From: an uncultured delta proteobacterium
GTDB lineage: Bacteria; Desulfobacterota; Desulfomonilia; UBA1062
Direction: 5' to 3'
Length of the DNA: 64,000 nucleotides
Assembly: GCA_963752595.1 (NCBI GenBank)
Contig: CAVVYZ010000017.1
Coordinates: 1 to 64,000 of the forward strand
The position numbers and the translations under genes were made by a program. The number at the start of each line of letters is the position of its first letter. The first letter of the stretch is position 1. Positions 10,343 through 21,827 of this stretch are shown piece after piece. The notes under the pieces were generated by a model that had not been told where the DNA came from, ran no database searches, and saw nothing but the letters and a program-made list of their open reading frames with translations.

Positions 10343-11050
10343 TCATTGGTTCGGGTTAAAATCAAGCAGCTTTGCCAGAAAGCAGGCGGATTTGAGCCGC
10401 TTGTCTGTTACGTGGTTGCACAGGGCAAGGAAAAATCCGGCAATCTCCCTTTTCAACACGGGATTTATGGAAAGCCTCTGCAGCACGTCTCTTTCGAGCC
10501 GGGACGCATTGATGAGGAACATACTCGCCTCCCGGGAGAGCGCATTCTGCATCCGGGGCCTTCTGCCGTCTGAACTCTTCTGCGATTTCAGATCGATGCC
10601 GTACCCGAGCGATGAAAGGATGTTCAGCAGCGATACGGACCAGACGGAGAACCACTGCCTGTCCGGCTCCATGGCCTCCAGGGCGTTCTGAAGGTGCTCA
10701 AAGGTGGCAGGACTCGGATCGAGCTGTCCCAGGTGCTCCTTGATAAGCTCCAGCAGGACCGTGGAATGGGCAAGGAGGTCGAGGTTCTCGCGGATACCCA
10801 GGTGGGCATCGGTAAGCTGAGCCGATTCAAGGCGGTGAAGCTCCCCTTCCCGCTTGAGGAACACATCCATGGTAACCTCGCAGAAAGGCTCCAGGGTTCC
10901 GGGAAAACGGATTTTGCTCCGCTTTGCGCCCTTGGCGATCGCATTGATGATGCCCCTGTCCCTGGTGAGTGCGCAGATGATCTTGTCCGACTCCAGGAAA
11001 TCGATGCTGTGCAGGATGATGGCTTCTGTGGTGAATCGCGACATAACCAT
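10343..11050 (-). CDS. recO: DNA repair protein RecO
   Basis: EAIILHS.DF.ESDKI..LT...[13 protein letters not shown]...LEPF; recO-glyQ synteny. Confidence 0.9.
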   Translation of the reverse strand: MVMSRFTTEAIILHSIDFLESDKIICALTRDRGIINAIAKGAKRSKIRFPGTLEPFCEVTMDVFLKREGELHRLESAQLTDAHLGIRENLDLLAHSTVLLELIKEHLGQLDPSPATFEHLQNALEAMEPDRQWFSVWSVSLLNILSSLGYGIDLKSQKSSDGRRPRMQNALSREASMFLINASRLERDVLQRLSINPVLKREIAGFFLALCNHVTDKRLKSACFLAKLLDFNPNQ

Positions 11051-12390
11051 TAAAAGAGCAACAGCGTTGCTATCGTGAAATAGGTGACGACGCCTATCAG
11101 GTCCATTGCAGTGCTTACGAAAGGCCCGGAGGCTATCGCCGGGTCTTTTCCCATCTTGTAGAACAGCATGGGAAGCACTGTTCCCATGAATGCGGCCAGA
11201 GTCATCGAATTCATGATGGCCAGACCTACAACAAGGCTCATCTTCACCCTCTCCGGGTAGATGAAAAAGGCGATGCCTCCGAGCATGAGACCGTACGTCC
11301 CCCCGAGGAAGAGGCCCACTGCCAGCTGTTTGACTGCCGTTGTTAGGAAATTCGTCGTGGATACCACACCGGTGGCGATTCCTCTCACCACGAGCGTTAC
11401 CGACTGAGACGCCACATTGCCGCCCATGCCTAAGATGATGGGCATGAAGGCCGCGAGGCCTACGAGCTGGCTCAACGTCGGCTCGAACCGCCTGATGAGG
11501 AGGGTGATGAGAATGCCCCCGATCCAGCAGATAAAGAGCCAGGGGATCCTCGTGGAGGCATTCTTGATGATCGACGAGCTGAGCAGGTCTTCTTCGGCAC
11601 CGGCGAGCCTGAACATGTCCTCGGTCGCCTCTTCTTCGATGATGTCGACGATATCGTCGATGGTGATGCGGCCCAGCAGGACACCTTTGTCATCCACAAC
11701 GGGCATGGCCACTTCATCGTACTTTTTGAAAAGCTGAGCCACTTTTTCCTGGTCCATCTTGACCGGCACGGCCAGAGGTTCGGCGTTCATGATCCGGGAC
11801 ATATCCACCTGCGGCTTGGAGAGAATGAGCTTCACAAGCGGCACGGTACCGATCAGAACCCGCGCGCTATCCACCACATAGACTGTCTGGATGTCGTCGA
11901 CCTCGGAATGGAGCTGCCTGATCCGGGAGATGACCTCATCCACGGTTTCATCGGCACGGGCAGAAATGAGCTCGCGCTGCATGATGCCGCCGGCAGTATC
12001 TTCCGGGTACTTAAGCAGGGACTTGATATCCGAAGAGTCCTCGGGATTCATGGCGGCAAGGACCCGCTCAACCCGTTCCGCATGGAGATCGCCCAGCAGG
12101 TCTGCCGCGTCGTCGGTATTCATATCCTCGACGATCCGGGCCAGGTCCTTATCGGACATGCCTTCGACGACATCCTCCCGTGTCTCGGAGGAGAGCTCGG
12201 CAATTACTTCGGATGCGGTATCGACGTCTAAGAGCGCAAAAAAACTGCCCCTTGATTCATCGTCAAGGGTCTCGATAAGCTCGGCTATTTCCACAGGCTT
12301 CATATCGTACAGCAATTCGATGATGTGGAACTCCCAGCCTTTTTCGATATACTCCTGCAGCAGTCTTGCATCCGATGGTTTTACCGGCAT
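11050..12390 (-). CDS. mgtE: Magnesium transporter MgtE
   Basis: DDAADLL, YPEDTAGGIM, CBS pair, MGGNVASQS, DPAIASGPFVST..D. Confidence 0.95.
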   Translation of the reverse strand: MPVKPSDARLLQEYIEKGWEFHIIELLYDMKPVEIAELIETLDDESRGSFFALLDVDTASEVIAELSSETREDVVEGMSDKDLARIVEDMNTDDAADLLGDLHAERVERVLAAMNPEDSSDIKSLLKYPEDTAGGIMQRELISARADETVDEVISRIRQLHSEVDDIQTVYVVDSARVLIGTVPLVKLILSKPQVDMSRIMNAEPLAVPVKMDQEKVAQLFKKYDEVAMPVVDDKGVLLGRITIDDIVDIIEEEATEDMFRLAGAEEDLLSSSIIKNASTRIPWLFICWIGGILITLLIRRFEPTLSQLVGLAAFMPIILGMGGNVASQSVTLVVRGIATGVVSTTNFLTTAVKQLAVGLFLGGTYGLMLGGIAFFIYPERVKMSLVVGLAIMNSMTLAAFMGTVLPMLFYKMGKDPAIASGPFVSTAMDLIGVVTYFTIATLLLF

Positions 12391-12445
12391 ACCAAACCAA
12401 CCCCTCATGAGCAATCCGGTGGAGCTTTAAGGCATGCGTTAAAGA

Positions 12446-12913
12446 CTATGACTTCGCCGATTCGATTTCCGATGCGTTCTCAGAGACCGCCGACGCATAG
12501 GCACCGCCCGCAGACCCCTGGTAGGTGTCCCTGCATGTCTTCAAAGAAAAACCGATGGCAGCGGCCAATATAACGATCAGCAGGAGCACGAAGAGCATGC
12601 GCAGCAGGAAAGAACTCCCCTTGTCTCTCTTCATGAACCTGCTTTTTACCTCGTCTTTTTTCCCATATGCGGTCAAAGTCTCGTCCAGATGGCGGACAAG
12701 CTCTTCTTCATCAAAACCAAACTCCTTGCTGATTACCTGGAGAAAACCCCGTAAGAATGCCCGGGGCGGAAGTACGTCTATCTGGTCTTCCTCAAGGAAT
12801 TTCAGCGTCTGGGCAGGAATCTTCGTGGTTTGCTCGATCTCCTTGAGAGAGATCTCCCGTTTTTCTCTTTCCCCCTTGAAATATTGGCCCAGTGTGAGTT
12901 TTTCCTCAGGCAT
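12446..12913 (-). CDS. RodZ-like HTH_25 membrane protein (short)
   Basis: TLGQYFK.EREKR.ISL..I...TKI....L..LE......LP...F.RGFL followed by a transmembrane helix. Confidence 0.75.
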   Translation of the reverse strand: MPEEKLTLGQYFKGEREKREISLKEIEQTTKIPAQTLKFLEEDQIDVLPPRAFLRGFLQVISKEFGFDEEELVRHLDETLTAYGKKDEVKSRFMKRDKGSSFLLRMLFVLLLIVILAAAIGFSLKTCRDTYQGSAGGAYASAVSENASEIESAKS

Positions 12914-13139
12914 ATTACTCCTCCTTGCTTTCCATTTCCCCTTATCATGTCACTATTCATGTGGCAAGCAAGTACTATCATTTTGCCAAGGGTATTGTGT
13001 CTCTTTGCTTTCCGGAGAATCGGTCAGTATCCTGCTACCGGGAAAACCGCATGAGCAAAGACGCCGGAATAATGTAAATTCCGTTGACATAGTGCACAAA
13101 GGACTGTATCCGCATACTTCTGAAGAGGAAATATTTTAC

Positions 13140-15464
13140 GTGAACCGAATAGATCCCGAACTTTTGTACACCATTACAAAACCCGGCCGTTATATCGGAG
13201 GAGAGATAAACGAGGTCATCAAACCCGAGTCCGAGGTTCAGGTCCGTTTTGCGCTGGCCTTCCCCGATACGTATGAGATAGGGATGTCCCATGCCGGGAT
13301 CAAGATCCTGTACCATATCCTCAACTCCATTCCCGGGGTTTGGGCACAGCGGGTTTTTGCCCCCTGGCATGATATGGCGGAGGCGCTTGAGAAAAAACGG
13401 ATCGAGCTCTTCAGCCTCGAAGAAAAACGGCCGCTGAGGCAGTTCGATGTAATCGGTTTTTCTCTTCTCTACGAGCTCTCGTACACCACTATTCTTCGGA
13501 TGCTCAAGCTCTCGAACATCCCGCTCTATGCAGAGGAGCGCAAGGATAGCGACCCTATTGTTATAGCCGGTGGGACCTCTACGGTGAACCCTGGTCCTTT
13601 TGCTCACTTTTTCGACCTTGTCGTAATCGGTGACGGAGAGGAGATCATCGCCGAGATGGCCGAAGTATGCAAAAAGACGTTTGATCGTAAGGAACGCATC
13701 GCTGCCATGGCAGAGATCGAGGGAGTATTCAGGCCCGGCTCGATTTCCTCTCCGAAACGCCGGATACTGAAAGATCTCGACTCGCACCCGTTCCCTGCAG
13801 CGACCGTCACCCCCTATATTTCCATTGTCCATGACCGGATAGGCGTTGAGGCGGCGAGAGGGTGCACCAGGGGCTGCAGATTCTGCCAGGCGGGTATGAT
13901 TTACCGACCCTACCGGGAGAGATCGTACGAGTCCGTCATGGAGTTTCTGCGCAAGACGCTTCCTGCAACCGGGTATGACACCATCTCCATGCTCGCTTTA
14001 TCCATGACGGACTTAAGCTACATCAACACAATCATGGAATCGATCGCCTGCCCTTCGAGGGAGATCTCCATCGGCGTCCCGTCCTTGAGGGTGGAAGGCA
14101 TTACGAAGAAGGTTGCCGACATCATCTCCTCGGTGAAAAAGCCCGGCTTTACCATGGCCCCGGAAGCGGCAACCACACGGCTGAGACAGGTAATCAACAA
14201 GGGCAATACCGAAGAAGACCTTTTCAGGAGCGCATCTCTCATACGATCCATGGGATGGAAGAGCCTGAAGCTCTACTTCATGGTCGGGCTTCCCACCGAG
14301 TGCTCCGATGATATCGAGGCCATCTGTAAGCTCTCCCGTGACCTTTCCCGGCAGTTCAAGGGCAGCCTCACGATCAGCGTATCCGGCTTCATTCCGAAGC
14401 CCTGGACTCCGTTCCAGTGGCGGGAGCAGATCTCGCCTTCGGCTCATGAAGAGATAATACGATACCTGCAGACAAACTTGAGGCACAGGGGCATCTCACT
14501 CCGCTGGCAGGACCCGGCGCTGACCTTCCTGGAAGGGATCTTTGCCAGGGGAGACGCACATCTCTCGCAGGTCATCGAGGCGGCGGAAGCTGAAGGCGCA
14601 TACCTGGACGGATGGGGGGATACCTTCAACAAGGACGCCTGGGATAAAGCGTTCGATAAAACAGGCTTGGATCCTAGCCACTACCTCTCGGAAAGGAGCA
14701 AGGAAAAAGCCCTGCCATGGGAGTTCATCGACATGGGAGTGACACGTTCATACCTCCTCGGAGAAGATGACCGCGCCGTGGAAGAAAAGCCCACTCCGGA
14801 CTGCAGGTTCGAAGGCTGCACCGGGTGCGGCGTATGTACCGGCGATATTTCCAATATCCTCTATCGGGAAACGAAGCCTGCTCCGCTTTTCCGCGAGGGC
14901 CTGCCCCGTGAGCCCGTCCCTTATGTCGTCAAACTGACCAAGGAGGGAGATTTACGTTTCATATCCCCCCGTGACTACACGGAGATGATCAAGCGGGCCA
15001 TCCGCCGCAGCGGCATGAGTGCCGTATATACCAAAGGATACAGCCCCATAATGAAGCTGAGCATGTCACAGCCTACCTCCTTCGGCATTGCCTCCGAGGG
15101 TGAGTTCGTTCAGTTCGAGCTCAAGGAGGAAAAAGCACCTGAAGAGATCCTGCGAATACTGAACGAGTCCCTCCCCGGAAGCGCCAGGGCCTTAGCGTGT
15201 GAAAAGGGCAGGCTCACGTCTGCAGAAGCCTTTGTTTACCGCGTGGGCAGGCCTTTTTCCCTGAACATTGCCCCAGGTCAGACGATATGGAAGGGAGACA
15301 AAGAGCTGATCGTCGATGAGTTCCTGGTCTCCCACGATGCTGTTACCCTGACCATCCGCTTCAAGGATGGAAGAACCTTGTCCCCGCTTGCCATTCTCGA
15401 AGCCTTTTCCCTTGATGGAATCCGCGCCTGGGAGATAAGAAAGACCGACACCATATTTCTTTGA
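13140..15464 (+). CDS. B12-binding radical SAM protein (TIGR03960 type) fused to a radical SAM-linked (TIGR03936/DUF2344-like) domain
   Basis: KPGRYIGGEIN, FPDTYEIGMS, RGCTRGCRFCQAG, C-terminal C...C.GCGVC, then K.GDLRFIS. Probable GTG start at 13140; the ORF-track extension to 12525 overlaps the RodZ-like gene. Confidence 0.9.
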   Translation: MNRIDPELLYTITKPGRYIGGEINEVIKPESEVQVRFALAFPDTYEIGMSHAGIKILYHILNSIPGVWAQRVFAPWHDMAEALEKKRIELFSLEEKRPLRQFDVIGFSLLYELSYTTILRMLKLSNIPLYAEERKDSDPIVIAGGTSTVNPGPFAHFFDLVVIGDGEEIIAEMAEVCKKTFDRKERIAAMAEIEGVFRPGSISSPKRRILKDLDSHPFPAATVTPYISIVHDRIGVEAARGCTRGCRFCQAGMIYRPYRERSYESVMEFLRKTLPATGYDTISMLALSMTDLSYINTIMESIACPSREISIGVPSLRVEGITKKVADIISSVKKPGFTMAPEAATTRLRQVINKGNTEEDLFRSASLIRSMGWKSLKLYFMVGLPTECSDDIEAICKLSRDLSRQFKGSLTISVSGFIPKPWTPFQWREQISPSAHEEIIRYLQTNLRHRGISLRWQDPALTFLEGIFARGDAHLSQVIEAAEAEGAYLDGWGDTFNKDAWDKAFDKTGLDPSHYLSERSKEKALPWEFIDMGVTRSYLLGEDDRAVEEKPTPDCRFEGCTGCGVCTGDISNILYRETKPAPLFREGLPREPVPYVVKLTKEGDLRFISPRDYTEMIKRAIRRSGMSAVYTKGYSPIMKLSMSQPTSFGIASEGEFVQFELKEEKAPEEILRILNESLPGSARALACEKGRLTSAEAFVYRVGRPFSLNIAPGQTIWKGDKELIVDEFLVSHDAVTLTIRFKDGRTLSPLAILEAFSLDGIRAWEIRKTDTIFL

Positions 15465-15604
15465 AAAACCCGGAAACGAATACTGCTGCAATTAATATCG
15501 TAAACAATTTCCCTTTCTCTTGATATGGATCAATGCAAACATTACTAGTGGAGAATATTCAGGGAAGAAATACCTCTGCTCGGTGATCCAAAAAAGGAGT
15601 GTAT

Positions 15605-18097
15605 ATGAACCATTCAGATCGACAAAAACCGTGCTGTGCATCGAAGAACGGCAATCCTCCGAAAGAGTACCGGGACCCGGTATGCGGGATGACCACGCAG
15701 GATCCGGATGCATACCTGAAATATGATTACCGGGGAAAGACCTATTACTTCTGCAGCAGTCACTGCCTGAATAAGTTTAAAAGCAATCCCGAAGCATACA
15801 CCGGCACATCAGCCCATGTCACGGCCGGAATGCCGGCTGAAGGGGCGGGAACTGCAGGCGGTGAGTACTTCTGCCCCATGTGCCCGGATGTGCACAGCAC
15901 AAAGCCGGCAAACTGTCCGAAGTGCGGAATGTCCCTCGAACCGGCTATCCCCAAGGGCTTTCCCGGGAGCAGCCAATGGACGTGCCCCATGCACCCTGAA
16001 ATCATTCGTGATGAGCCGGGAAGCTGCCCGCTGTGCGGGATGGCGCTGGAGCCGGCAGCACCGTCTGAGCCGATGGAAGAGGAAAACGCCGAATACTCGT
16101 ACATGAAAAACCGTTTCCGGATCAGTCTCATCCTGACGATCCCCCTGCTGATCATAGCGATGCGGCACATGTTACCCGGCAGTGCAGCCCTGCACTCTTT
16201 AGCTTCGCCCCGCACCTATCTCTGGGCAGAGTTCATCCTTGCGAGCCCGGTAGTACTATGGGGTGCCTGGCCGTTTTTTGTCCGGGCATGGCAGTCGCTC
16301 GTCTATAGGAGCCTGAACATGTTCACGCTCATCAGCTTAGGTGTTGCGGTGAGCTATCTTTACAGCTTAGCTGCCTTATTCTTCCCCGGGATCTTCCCTG
16401 ATTCGCTCAAGACAATGGACGGGACGGTCGGGGTATATTTCGAGGCAGCAGCAGCCATAACCACCCTGGTGCTCCTGGGCCAGGTCCTGGAACTCAAAGC
16501 GCGCAGTAAAACAGGGGAAGCCATCAGGTCACTGCTGAATCTTGCACCGAAGAAAGCGCGGAAGATCTTTGCAGACGGCTCGGAAGAAGACGTCCCTCTT
16601 GATCTCGTACACCCGGGCGACCGGTTGCGGGTATTGCCCGGTGATAAAATCCCTACGGACGGTATAGTGATCCAGGGAAGGAGTAATGTCGATGAATCCA
16701 TGATTACGGGCGAGCCGATTCCGGCAGAGAAAAAGGCCGGAGACCGAGTTGTCGGAGCAACCGTGAACGGGACCGGATCTCTGGTCATGGAGGCAGAGAA
16801 GGTAGGGGCAGATACCATGCTCGCCCAGATCATATCGCTGACAGCGAGTGCCCAGAGGTCACGTGCCCCGATCCAGAGGGTTGCCGATGTCGTTGCCGGC
16901 TATTTTGTCCCGGCAGTCGTCGCGATCTCGCTCATTTCTTTCGCAGCATGGCTCTGGATCGGACCCGAACCAAGGCTTGCCTTTGCCGTGATCGCAGCGG
17001 TATCCGTGCTCATCATCGCATGTCCCTGTGCACTGGGCCTTGCAACGCCCATATCCATCATGGTCGCAACAGGAAAGGGTGCAACCATGGGCCTGCTCTT
17101 CCGGAACGCGGGTGCAATAGAAAGACTCGGGAAGATCGATACACTGGTGGTAGACAAAACCGGAACCCTTACCCTGGGTAAACCCAGCCTGACCCATATC
17201 CAGCCTCTAGCCGGACTGGATAAAAAAACTCTGGCAGGCTATGCCGGGAGCCTTGAAAGGGCAAGCGAGCATCCCCTGGCACAAGCGGTAACAAAGGGAG
17301 CGCTGGATCTGGGTGCGGACTTGGTGGATGTGCAGGACTTTTCTTCTGTGACCGGCAAGGGGATAACCGGAAAGATCGGGACCCACCGGATCATGCTCGG
17401 CAACCTGATACTCCTGGAAGATGAAGGAATTTCCACCCGCGAGCTTGCAGGCCAGGCTCAAGACCTCCAGGAGAAAGGCCAGACCGTCATGTATATGGCG
17501 ATCGACGGCACACCTGCAGGTATCCTGGGTGTCTCCGATCCGATCAAGGATTCGTCGCATGATGCCCTCGGGCGCCTTCACAAGGAAGGCATCAGGATTG
17601 TGATGCTCACCGGAGACAATAACTTGACCGCTTCGGCGGTAGCAAAACAGCTCGGGATTGACGATGTTGTGGCAGAGGTTTTGCCCGCAGACAAGGAAGC
17701 GGTTGTTTCCCTGCTCCAGAAAGAAGGAAGGATCGTTGCCATGGCCGGAGACGGAATCAACGACGCCCCTTCCCTTGCACGTGCCGATGTAGGCATCGCC
17801 ATGGGAGACGGCTCCGACATCGCTATGGAAAGCGCTTCGGTTACCCTGGTCAAGGGAGACCTTCGGGGTATAGTCTCGGCAATCCTCCTGAGCAGGGCGA
17901 CCATGCGCAACATCAGACAGAACCTGTTTTTCGCATTCGTATACAATGCCTTGTGCATACCCATTGCAGCAGGCGTCCTCTATCCTTTTCTGGGGGTCAT
18001 CCTGTCTCCGATGATTGCAGCTGCGGCCATGAGCTTGAGCTCCGTATCCGTCATAACGAATGCTCTCAGGCTCAAGACACTGCCTGTTGTACCGTAA
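15605..18097 (+). CDS. copA: Cu(I)/Ag(I)-translocating P1B-type ATPase with YHS and two CPM(H/C)P metal-binding domains
   Basis: DPVCGM..YYFCS..C (YHS), YFCPMCP, WTCPMHP, TGE, CPC, DKTGT, HP, GDGIND, YN, M..SS. Confidence 0.9.
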   Translation: MNHSDRQKPCCASKNGNPPKEYRDPVCGMTTQDPDAYLKYDYRGKTYYFCSSHCLNKFKSNPEAYTGTSAHVTAGMPAEGAGTAGGEYFCPMCPDVHSTKPANCPKCGMSLEPAIPKGFPGSSQWTCPMHPEIIRDEPGSCPLCGMALEPAAPSEPMEEENAEYSYMKNRFRISLILTIPLLIIAMRHMLPGSAALHSLASPRTYLWAEFILASPVVLWGAWPFFVRAWQSLVYRSLNMFTLISLGVAVSYLYSLAALFFPGIFPDSLKTMDGTVGVYFEAAAAITTLVLLGQVLELKARSKTGEAIRSLLNLAPKKARKIFADGSEEDVPLDLVHPGDRLRVLPGDKIPTDGIVIQGRSNVDESMITGEPIPAEKKAGDRVVGATVNGTGSLVMEAEKVGADTMLAQIISLTASAQRSRAPIQRVADVVAGYFVPAVVAISLISFAAWLWIGPEPRLAFAVIAAVSVLIIACPCALGLATPISIMVATGKGATMGLLFRNAGAIERLGKIDTLVVDKTGTLTLGKPSLTHIQPLAGLDKKTLAGYAGSLERASEHPLAQAVTKGALDLGADLVDVQDFSSVTGKGITGKIGTHRIMLGNLILLEDEGISTRELAGQAQDLQEKGQTVMYMAIDGTPAGILGVSDPIKDSSHDALGRLHKEGIRIVMLTGDNNLTASAVAKQLGIDDVVAEVLPADKEAVVSLLQKEGRIVAMAGDGINDAPSLARADVGIAMGDGSDIAMESASVTLVKGDLRGIVSAILLSRATMRNIRQNLFFAFVYNALCIPIAAGVLYPFLGVILSPMIAAAAMSLSSVSVITNALRLKTLPVVP

Positions 18098-18342
18098 GGA
18101 ACGCCGGGTGCCGGGTCCTTGGTCGAGTTGTCCCGAGAACGGTTCACATCCTTTGTGAGAATCGAGGTTTTTTCAGGGCTGTAAAATCGGCATTGCAAAG
18201 CTGTGAAAAAAAAGTTATTGGAACTTACAAGGTTTTGCATTGCGTCTCTTGATGCTTGTATTGCTTGCGATGTCATGTGTATTTGATATCAAGTGTGTTC
18301 TTGCTGTTATTAATATAATTTATTTAGTCTTTTTAGGATACG

Positions 18343-18370
18343 AGGCTCATGCATACATGGGCCTTTTTTT
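18343..18370 (+). terminator. Rho-independent terminator
   Basis: AGGCTCATG-CATA-CATGGGCCT followed by a T-run. Confidence 0.65.
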
Positions 18371-18518
18371 CGTGATGTTTGTTGTGATGACGTGATTCGA
18401 CATCGATTGATGCTCCTCCCTTTTTTGTTCTTTCGGGGTAGAGGAAATGAAAACGTGCAGACCGAGGTTCTCCAGACAGGGGAAGAAGTATGGATAAAAG
18501 AGGGATGCGCCGGTTCAC

Positions 18519-21044
18519 GTGCATACAATAGAATCAGATCGAAATTTCAACAGCGCTCGAACAAGGCGGCGTATTTGGTTGCATAGAATCGCCGTTTTCG
18601 GGCCGCTCCTTTTCCTTACGCTTGTCATCTGGCTCGATCAGATCTTCGATATCTCCCATGTTATTTTCGGAACGATTCCCGGTAAAACCAACTGGCCGGT
18701 TGCTGTTACGGAGACGCTCTTTGTCATCCTGGCAGGTGTTCTTATTTCCCTAATCATTTCTTATGCGGCCAGAGGGCTTGCTGCAGACGAACAGGACAGG
18801 AAAAGGCAGAAGCTCATTTCAGACATCTTTATCACTGAATCTCCGACATTGTTTCTGGCCGTAAAAACTGACGGCGGCATCCTTATGGCAAGCAATTCCC
18901 TCCTGAGTAAGCTCGGCTATCATCTTGAGGAGGTCCTCGGGAAGAATTATCTTTCCATATTCGTACCTGTACGGGAACATGGGGAAGTTATGCAGATAAT
19001 CGATAATCTCCTCCAGTCCAAAACACCGACCAGAAATGAGACCCATCTCGTTTCGCGAAACGGGAAAGAATGCCTCGTACAATGGGAAGGCAGGGTTGCA
19101 TACCAGGCAAACGGTGATGTTGATTTCGTCTACGGGGCAGGGATCGATATTACTGAAAGGAAAGAAACCGAGCTTGCTTTACGCCGCAGCGAAGAGCGGT
19201 ACCGTTCATTTATCCAGAACTTCCAGGGGATCGCATACCGGGGAAACCTCGATCATACGCCCGTATTCTTTCATGGGGCAGTCGAAGATATTACCGGCTA
19301 CTGCGAGCAGGATTTTCTCAGCGGCTCTCCGAGATGGGATAAGATACTGCATCCGGACGATATTGAAATCCTGCGCGGAGGTCTGGAAAATATCCATACG
19401 ATTTCGAATTATGCAGCAGAAAGGACATACCGGATAATCAGACGTGACGGCCATACGCGATGGGTTCGGGAATACATCCAGAATATGTGCGATCCGATGG
19501 GCATTCCCGTCGCAGTCCAGGGAATGATCTACGACATCACCTCAACCAAGGAGGCAGAAGCTTCCTTACGGAAAAGCGACGAACGTTACCGGTTGCTCGC
19601 TGAAAACGTGAAGGACGTCATCTGGGTTCTCGATAAAAACATGCGCTATACCTACATCAGCCCCTCCGTTGAAAAAGTGAGGGGGTATACCGTGGAAGAG
19701 GTCATGAGCCTTCCTTTGGAAAAGATGTTTACCCCGCGCTCCTACAGAAAAATCAAATCGATTATATCCCAGGTATTTGCCATGCAGGAGAAAGGGGAAA
19801 TCCCTGATATCAACAGGTCTCTTACCTTTGAATCGGAACTGGCATGCAAAGACGGATCAACTATCTGGGTGGAGGTTATGGCAAGCTTTGCCTTTGACGC
19901 CGGGGGTGTCCCAGTCGGTATTGTCGGAGTTACCAGAGATATTTCCGAGAGGAAACGGGCGGAAGAATCCATCCGGCAGAGAGAAGAAATCTATAGAACC
20001 ATTTTCGAGAACACCGGAACAGCCATGGTCATCACCGAGAGCGATACCGTTATCTCCCTTACAAACGACGAATTTGAGAAACTCTCCGGCTATACAAAGG
20101 GAGAGCTCGAGGGAAAAAGATCCTGGAAAGAGTTTGTTGCCCCGGAAGATATCGAGCGGCTTGCGGAATATCATACCCTTCGGAGGAATGATCCCTTGTC
20201 GACCCCGAGAAAGTACGATTTCCGATTCATGAACAGGCAGGGCTTGATCAAGGATGTCTTTGCAACGGTGACGGTAATCCCCGGCACCACCCGGGCGGTC
20301 ATATCCCTTCTGGATATCACCGAAACGAAAAAGGCCTCGGAAGAACTCAGGATTTCACGCGAGCAGCTCCGCAACCTTCATAAGCATTCTCAGGACGTCA
20401 GGGAGCGCGAACGCACACGTGTGGCCCGGGAGATCCATGACGAACTGGGGCAGGTCCTTACGGCGCTGAAGATGGATTTATCCTATCTTGCAAAGAAACT
20501 CCCCCAGAACCTTCCATCGTTGCGCACGAAGACGAACCTCATGCTCAGGTTCATCGATATGACCATCCAGTCCGTTAAGCGGATCACGATGGACCTGAGG
20601 CCAGGTCTCCTTGACCACCTCGGGCTGGTGGCTGCCATCGAATGGCAGGCCGAGGAGTTCCAGAAGCGGACAGGAATCAGGTACAGCATTACGGTCGACC
20701 CGGAAGATATCCTCCTCAACCCGGACCGCTCAACTTCCATCTTCCGGATTTTTCAGGAAACGCTCACCAACATCGCAAGGCATGCCCATGCAACGGAAAT
20801 TAAGATATCATTGCTTGAAAAAAACGGTATCCTTGAATTGACAGTAAGTGATAATGGAATCGGGATATCAAAGGACCAGATAGAAAACGCCAAATCGTTC
20901 GGCCTTATGGGAATCAAGGAGCGTGCGTATTTCAGCGGGGGACAGGCGAAGATCCATGGACAAAAGGGAAAAGGGACAACAGTGCAGGTTTCCATACCGC
21001 TTGATCAGATGAGGGTTCTCGATGATACGAGTGCTTATTGCTGA
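18519..21044 (+). CDS. Membrane-anchored multi-PAS sensor histidine kinase (HisKA_3, NarX/UhpB-like)
   Basis: Two N-terminal TM segments, four PAS/PAC repeats (DITERK-type ends), ERTRVAREIHDELGQ, QETLTNIARHA, DNGIG, FGLMGIKER. Confidence 0.92.
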   Translation: MHTIESDRNFNSARTRRRIWLHRIAVFGPLLFLTLVIWLDQIFDISHVIFGTIPGKTNWPVAVTETLFVILAGVLISLIISYAARGLAADEQDRKRQKLISDIFITESPTLFLAVKTDGGILMASNSLLSKLGYHLEEVLGKNYLSIFVPVREHGEVMQIIDNLLQSKTPTRNETHLVSRNGKECLVQWEGRVAYQANGDVDFVYGAGIDITERKETELALRRSEERYRSFIQNFQGIAYRGNLDHTPVFFHGAVEDITGYCEQDFLSGSPRWDKILHPDDIEILRGGLENIHTISNYAAERTYRIIRRDGHTRWVREYIQNMCDPMGIPVAVQGMIYDITSTKEAEASLRKSDERYRLLAENVKDVIWVLDKNMRYTYISPSVEKVRGYTVEEVMSLPLEKMFTPRSYRKIKSIISQVFAMQEKGEIPDINRSLTFESELACKDGSTIWVEVMASFAFDAGGVPVGIVGVTRDISERKRAEESIRQREEIYRTIFENTGTAMVITESDTVISLTNDEFEKLSGYTKGELEGKRSWKEFVAPEDIERLAEYHTLRRNDPLSTPRKYDFRFMNRQGLIKDVFATVTVIPGTTRAVISLLDITETKKASEELRISREQLRNLHKHSQDVRERERTRVAREIHDELGQVLTALKMDLSYLAKKLPQNLPSLRTKTNLMLRFIDMTIQSVKRITMDLRPGLLDHLGLVAAIEWQAEEFQKRTGIRYSITVDPEDILLNPDRSTSIFRIFQETLTNIARHAHATEIKISLLEKNGILELTVSDNGIGISKDQIENAKSFGLMGIKERAYFSGGQAKIHGQKGKGTTVQVSIPLDQMRVLDDTSAYC

Positions 21045-21654
21045 CGACCACCCCATTGTCAGGGAAGGATTGAAGCAGATCCTGTCCGATACGGATGATA
21101 TCCTCGTTGTGGATGAGGCTGACAGAGGATCTGCCGTATTGAACCTCACCATGAGGAATAACTACGATGTCATCCTTCTGGATATATCGATGCCGGGGAG
21201 GGACGGCCTCGAAGTGCTCAAAGAACTGAAGCAGCTGAAGCCGAAACTGCCGGTGCTTGTCTTAAGTATGTACCCCGAAGAGCACTACGCCGTGCGGGTA
21301 CTTCGCGGAGGGGCCTCAGGCTACCTGACCAAGTCCAGCGCCCCTGATGAATTGATTTCCGCAATCCGCAAGGTTGCTTCGGGAAGAAAATATATCAGCT
21401 CAACGCTGGCAGAAAGGCTGACCTACGAGCTTGATCGGGACGCTGACAAGCCACTCCATGAAATCCTTTCCGACAGGGAATATCAGGTGATGAATATGCT
21501 GGCCACAGGGAAATCCGTGAAGGAAATTGCCGACGAGCTGAGTTTAAGCGTAAAAACCGTAAGTACTTACCGATCCCGCATCCTGGGAAAGATGAATATA
21601 AAGAATAATGCTGAAATCGTCCTGTATGCCGTGCAGAACAAGCTCGTCGACTGA
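21022..21654 (+). CDS. NarL/LuxR family response regulator (UvrY/GacA-like)
   Basis: IADDH, LLDISMPG, GYLTK, LSDREYQV...LSLSVKTVSTYR. Confidence 0.95.
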   Translation: MIRVLIADDHPIVREGLKQILSDTDDILVVDEADRGSAVLNLTMRNNYDVILLDISMPGRDGLEVLKELKQLKPKLPVLVLSMYPEEHYAVRVLRGGASGYLTKSSAPDELISAIRKVASGRKYISSTLAERLTYELDRDADKPLHEILSDREYQVMNMLATGKSVKEIADELSLSVKTVSTYRSRILGKMNIKNNAEIVLYAVQNKLVD

Positions 21655-21743
21655 TGAAAAAAACACGGTTTTGCCTGTCCTTTTCCTCTTCTCCGGCGCT
21701 CGTGCCGTACAGAAAGAGACGGAGGCACCTTCCTGTATAATTC

Positions 21744-21761
21744 TGTAGGATAATTCCTACA
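21744..21761. promoter_or_regulatory. Palindromic LuxR/GacA-type binding site
   Basis: TGTAGGA-TAAT-TCCTACA inverted repeat, close to the GacA box TGTAAG-N6-CTTACA. A perfect TATAAT lies at 21816-21821. Confidence 0.65.
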
Positions 21762-21827
21762 CGACATGAGGGAAATATATTACATCTGTTATAGGTATTA
21801 TCTGATTTACTGTCTTATAATCTTATC

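Noticed and set aside
12525-13139. 205-aa N-terminal extension of the radical SAM ORF
   Set aside because: It overlaps the opposite-strand RodZ-like gene and has non-protein-like composition. Family similarity begins near GTG 13140.
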